DNA from: Moniliella sp. 'wahieum' | Taxonomy: Eukaryota | Direction of reading: 5' to 3' | DNA: 64,000 nucleotides | Assembly (NCBI GenBank): GCA_003971905.1 | Contig: RSEE01000017.1 | Coordinates: 496,001-560,000 of the forward strand | Shown here: positions 62,901 to 64,000 of the stretch, one piece after another | Layout: every line of letters begins with the position of its first letter | Numbering within the stretch: the stretch's first letter is position 1 | Notes under the pieces: model-generated | Database searches by the model: none | Seen by the model: the letters and a program-made list of their open reading frames with translations, nothing else | Told to the model about the DNA's origin: nothing | Made by a program: the position numbers and the translations under genes

Positions 62901-63227
62901 AATGACCTCTATCGCGCCCGAAACCCAACCTACGTTAGCGTCTTCTTTTTCCTCGCTGATCCTGAGCACCCCGAAGAGGCACAGGCAGCATGCGCTGTAC
63001 CTGACTCTGAGCCAGTGGTGGAGTCCGGTACGGTGCGCGTCCGCTTCACACCCTACCCAACTGTACTCATTCCTGTCCACCGGTTCCGGCTCCTACTCGG
63101 GTGTGTCGATCCTTTCGGCACACCAGGCGCCTATGCCAATGCGGACCACCGTCTGCCAGCCCACTTGGAGGGCAGCATCTTTGTCTATCGCGATCCGCGT
63201 CGACAGCACGTCTTTCCTGAGGCCTGA
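59939..63227 (+). mobile_element. CACTA/En-Spm (Transposase_21/Tnp2)-derived ORF; frameshifted; no TIRs identified
   Basis: Motifs CPKMC, DYWCGSHY, GLIGLSIHG, LYNLPPEFR...GIIPGP, IDSYLMPVFKDLERLQREGIKLFDA and LTGDQ..GCLNC, in the order seen in CMC-superfamily transposases. Confidence 0.8.
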
Positions 63228-64000
63228 GTACCAGTAAAAAGGCACGACCTCATCGATCGTCTTCTCGTGTGTTTTTCCAATGACATCTGGCCGTCTACCA
63301 TTTACAGCACTTGTAAACGTGGATCTAGTTGCGGTTGACTGGGGCATTTGGAGATGTGTTGATCACCGGTCAGTTTGGGACTTAGGGTGATTCCAAGCGC
63401 AGAGAGTATGGCTTATGGCACGCCCGGCATCGCGTCAGTCCCCTGGGGGGTGAGCGACGGGCACTTCAATTAGGCAAATAGTTCACTGTGGTTCAACGAT
63501 GCCGCCACCAACTTCGCCTTGGCTCCGTTGATGTCTTCTGTGCGCCTGGTCGACATAGGGCACGAACGCGCCACTGCGGTATGATATAGGACCCCCTCTC
63601 TCCCCAGGCCTCATGCATCATGTCCCGTATTTGAAACAGGCCATGCGGCGCGCCCTGTCCCATGGCTGACTCTGTTCCCGGCTTACAGTTCCTGCACAGC
63701 ATCCTGGATGAAGTGGACGTACGTGCATCTGCATCACACTCTTCCATCCGCTTTGGACAGACGCTGACGGCGCAGCCTTTCATTTACTTTCATTTCCTTT
63801 CTGTTCGCTCTGACAGCCACTGACTGTGCGCCCATCCGCGCCTGGTCCATACCCCGATACTAGCATTCTCAGTCGCGGCCAGGTAGCGCTCATCATTGGG
63901 CCGACGGGAACGGGCAAGCCGGCTCTGGTGGCGCACCTGCTTGCTCAGGTCTTGGTACCCCCTCGTGCGAACTCAGTGGGTGCACCGAGAAACGTCTGGA

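Noticed and set aside
1..64000. Pseudogene or programmed-frameshift calls for the broken ORFs
   Set aside because: The breaks hit essential genes at scattered positions with no other decay, consistent with sequencing indels.

Overview
This is gene-dense eukaryotic DNA from a basidiomycete fungus, probably Ustilaginomycotina: the Ras2 N-terminus [21 protein letters not shown] matches my recollection of smut-fungus Ras2, and introns are short GT-AG types. It carries about 23 genes. Transport and secretion: ABCC transporter, Yhm2-like mitochondrial carrier, amino-acid permease, V-ATPase subunit f, PL14 lyase and a GPI wall protein. Ribosome-related: GAR1, mL46, RPS5, RPS28, uL2m and an RsfS/Rrg9 hybrid. 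Others: Hos3 HDAC, TMEM70-like, NudCD1, R3H-associated protein, WASP/Las17, Ras2, an HMG-box protein, a Pls-type NRPS-like enzyme and a CACTA-type transposase. Nearly every gene, essential ones included, is broken by 1-bp indels, which points to an unpolished long-read assembly rather than pseudogenes, so some ends are approximate. The four most notable items are: (1) a membrane NRPS-like enzyme with poly-lysine-synthetase (Pls) architecture but an acyl/oxalyl-CoA-ligase-type A domain and a duplicated A-subdomain; (2) an RsfS/Atp25-like domain apparently split by an inserted Rrg9/Neugrin domain; (3) a 7-bp intergenic pattern, TGA-[4-bp palindrome]-TGA, with interchangeable cores; (4) a transposase with altered catalytic motifs. 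All family calls come from motif recognition by eye; no searches were run.
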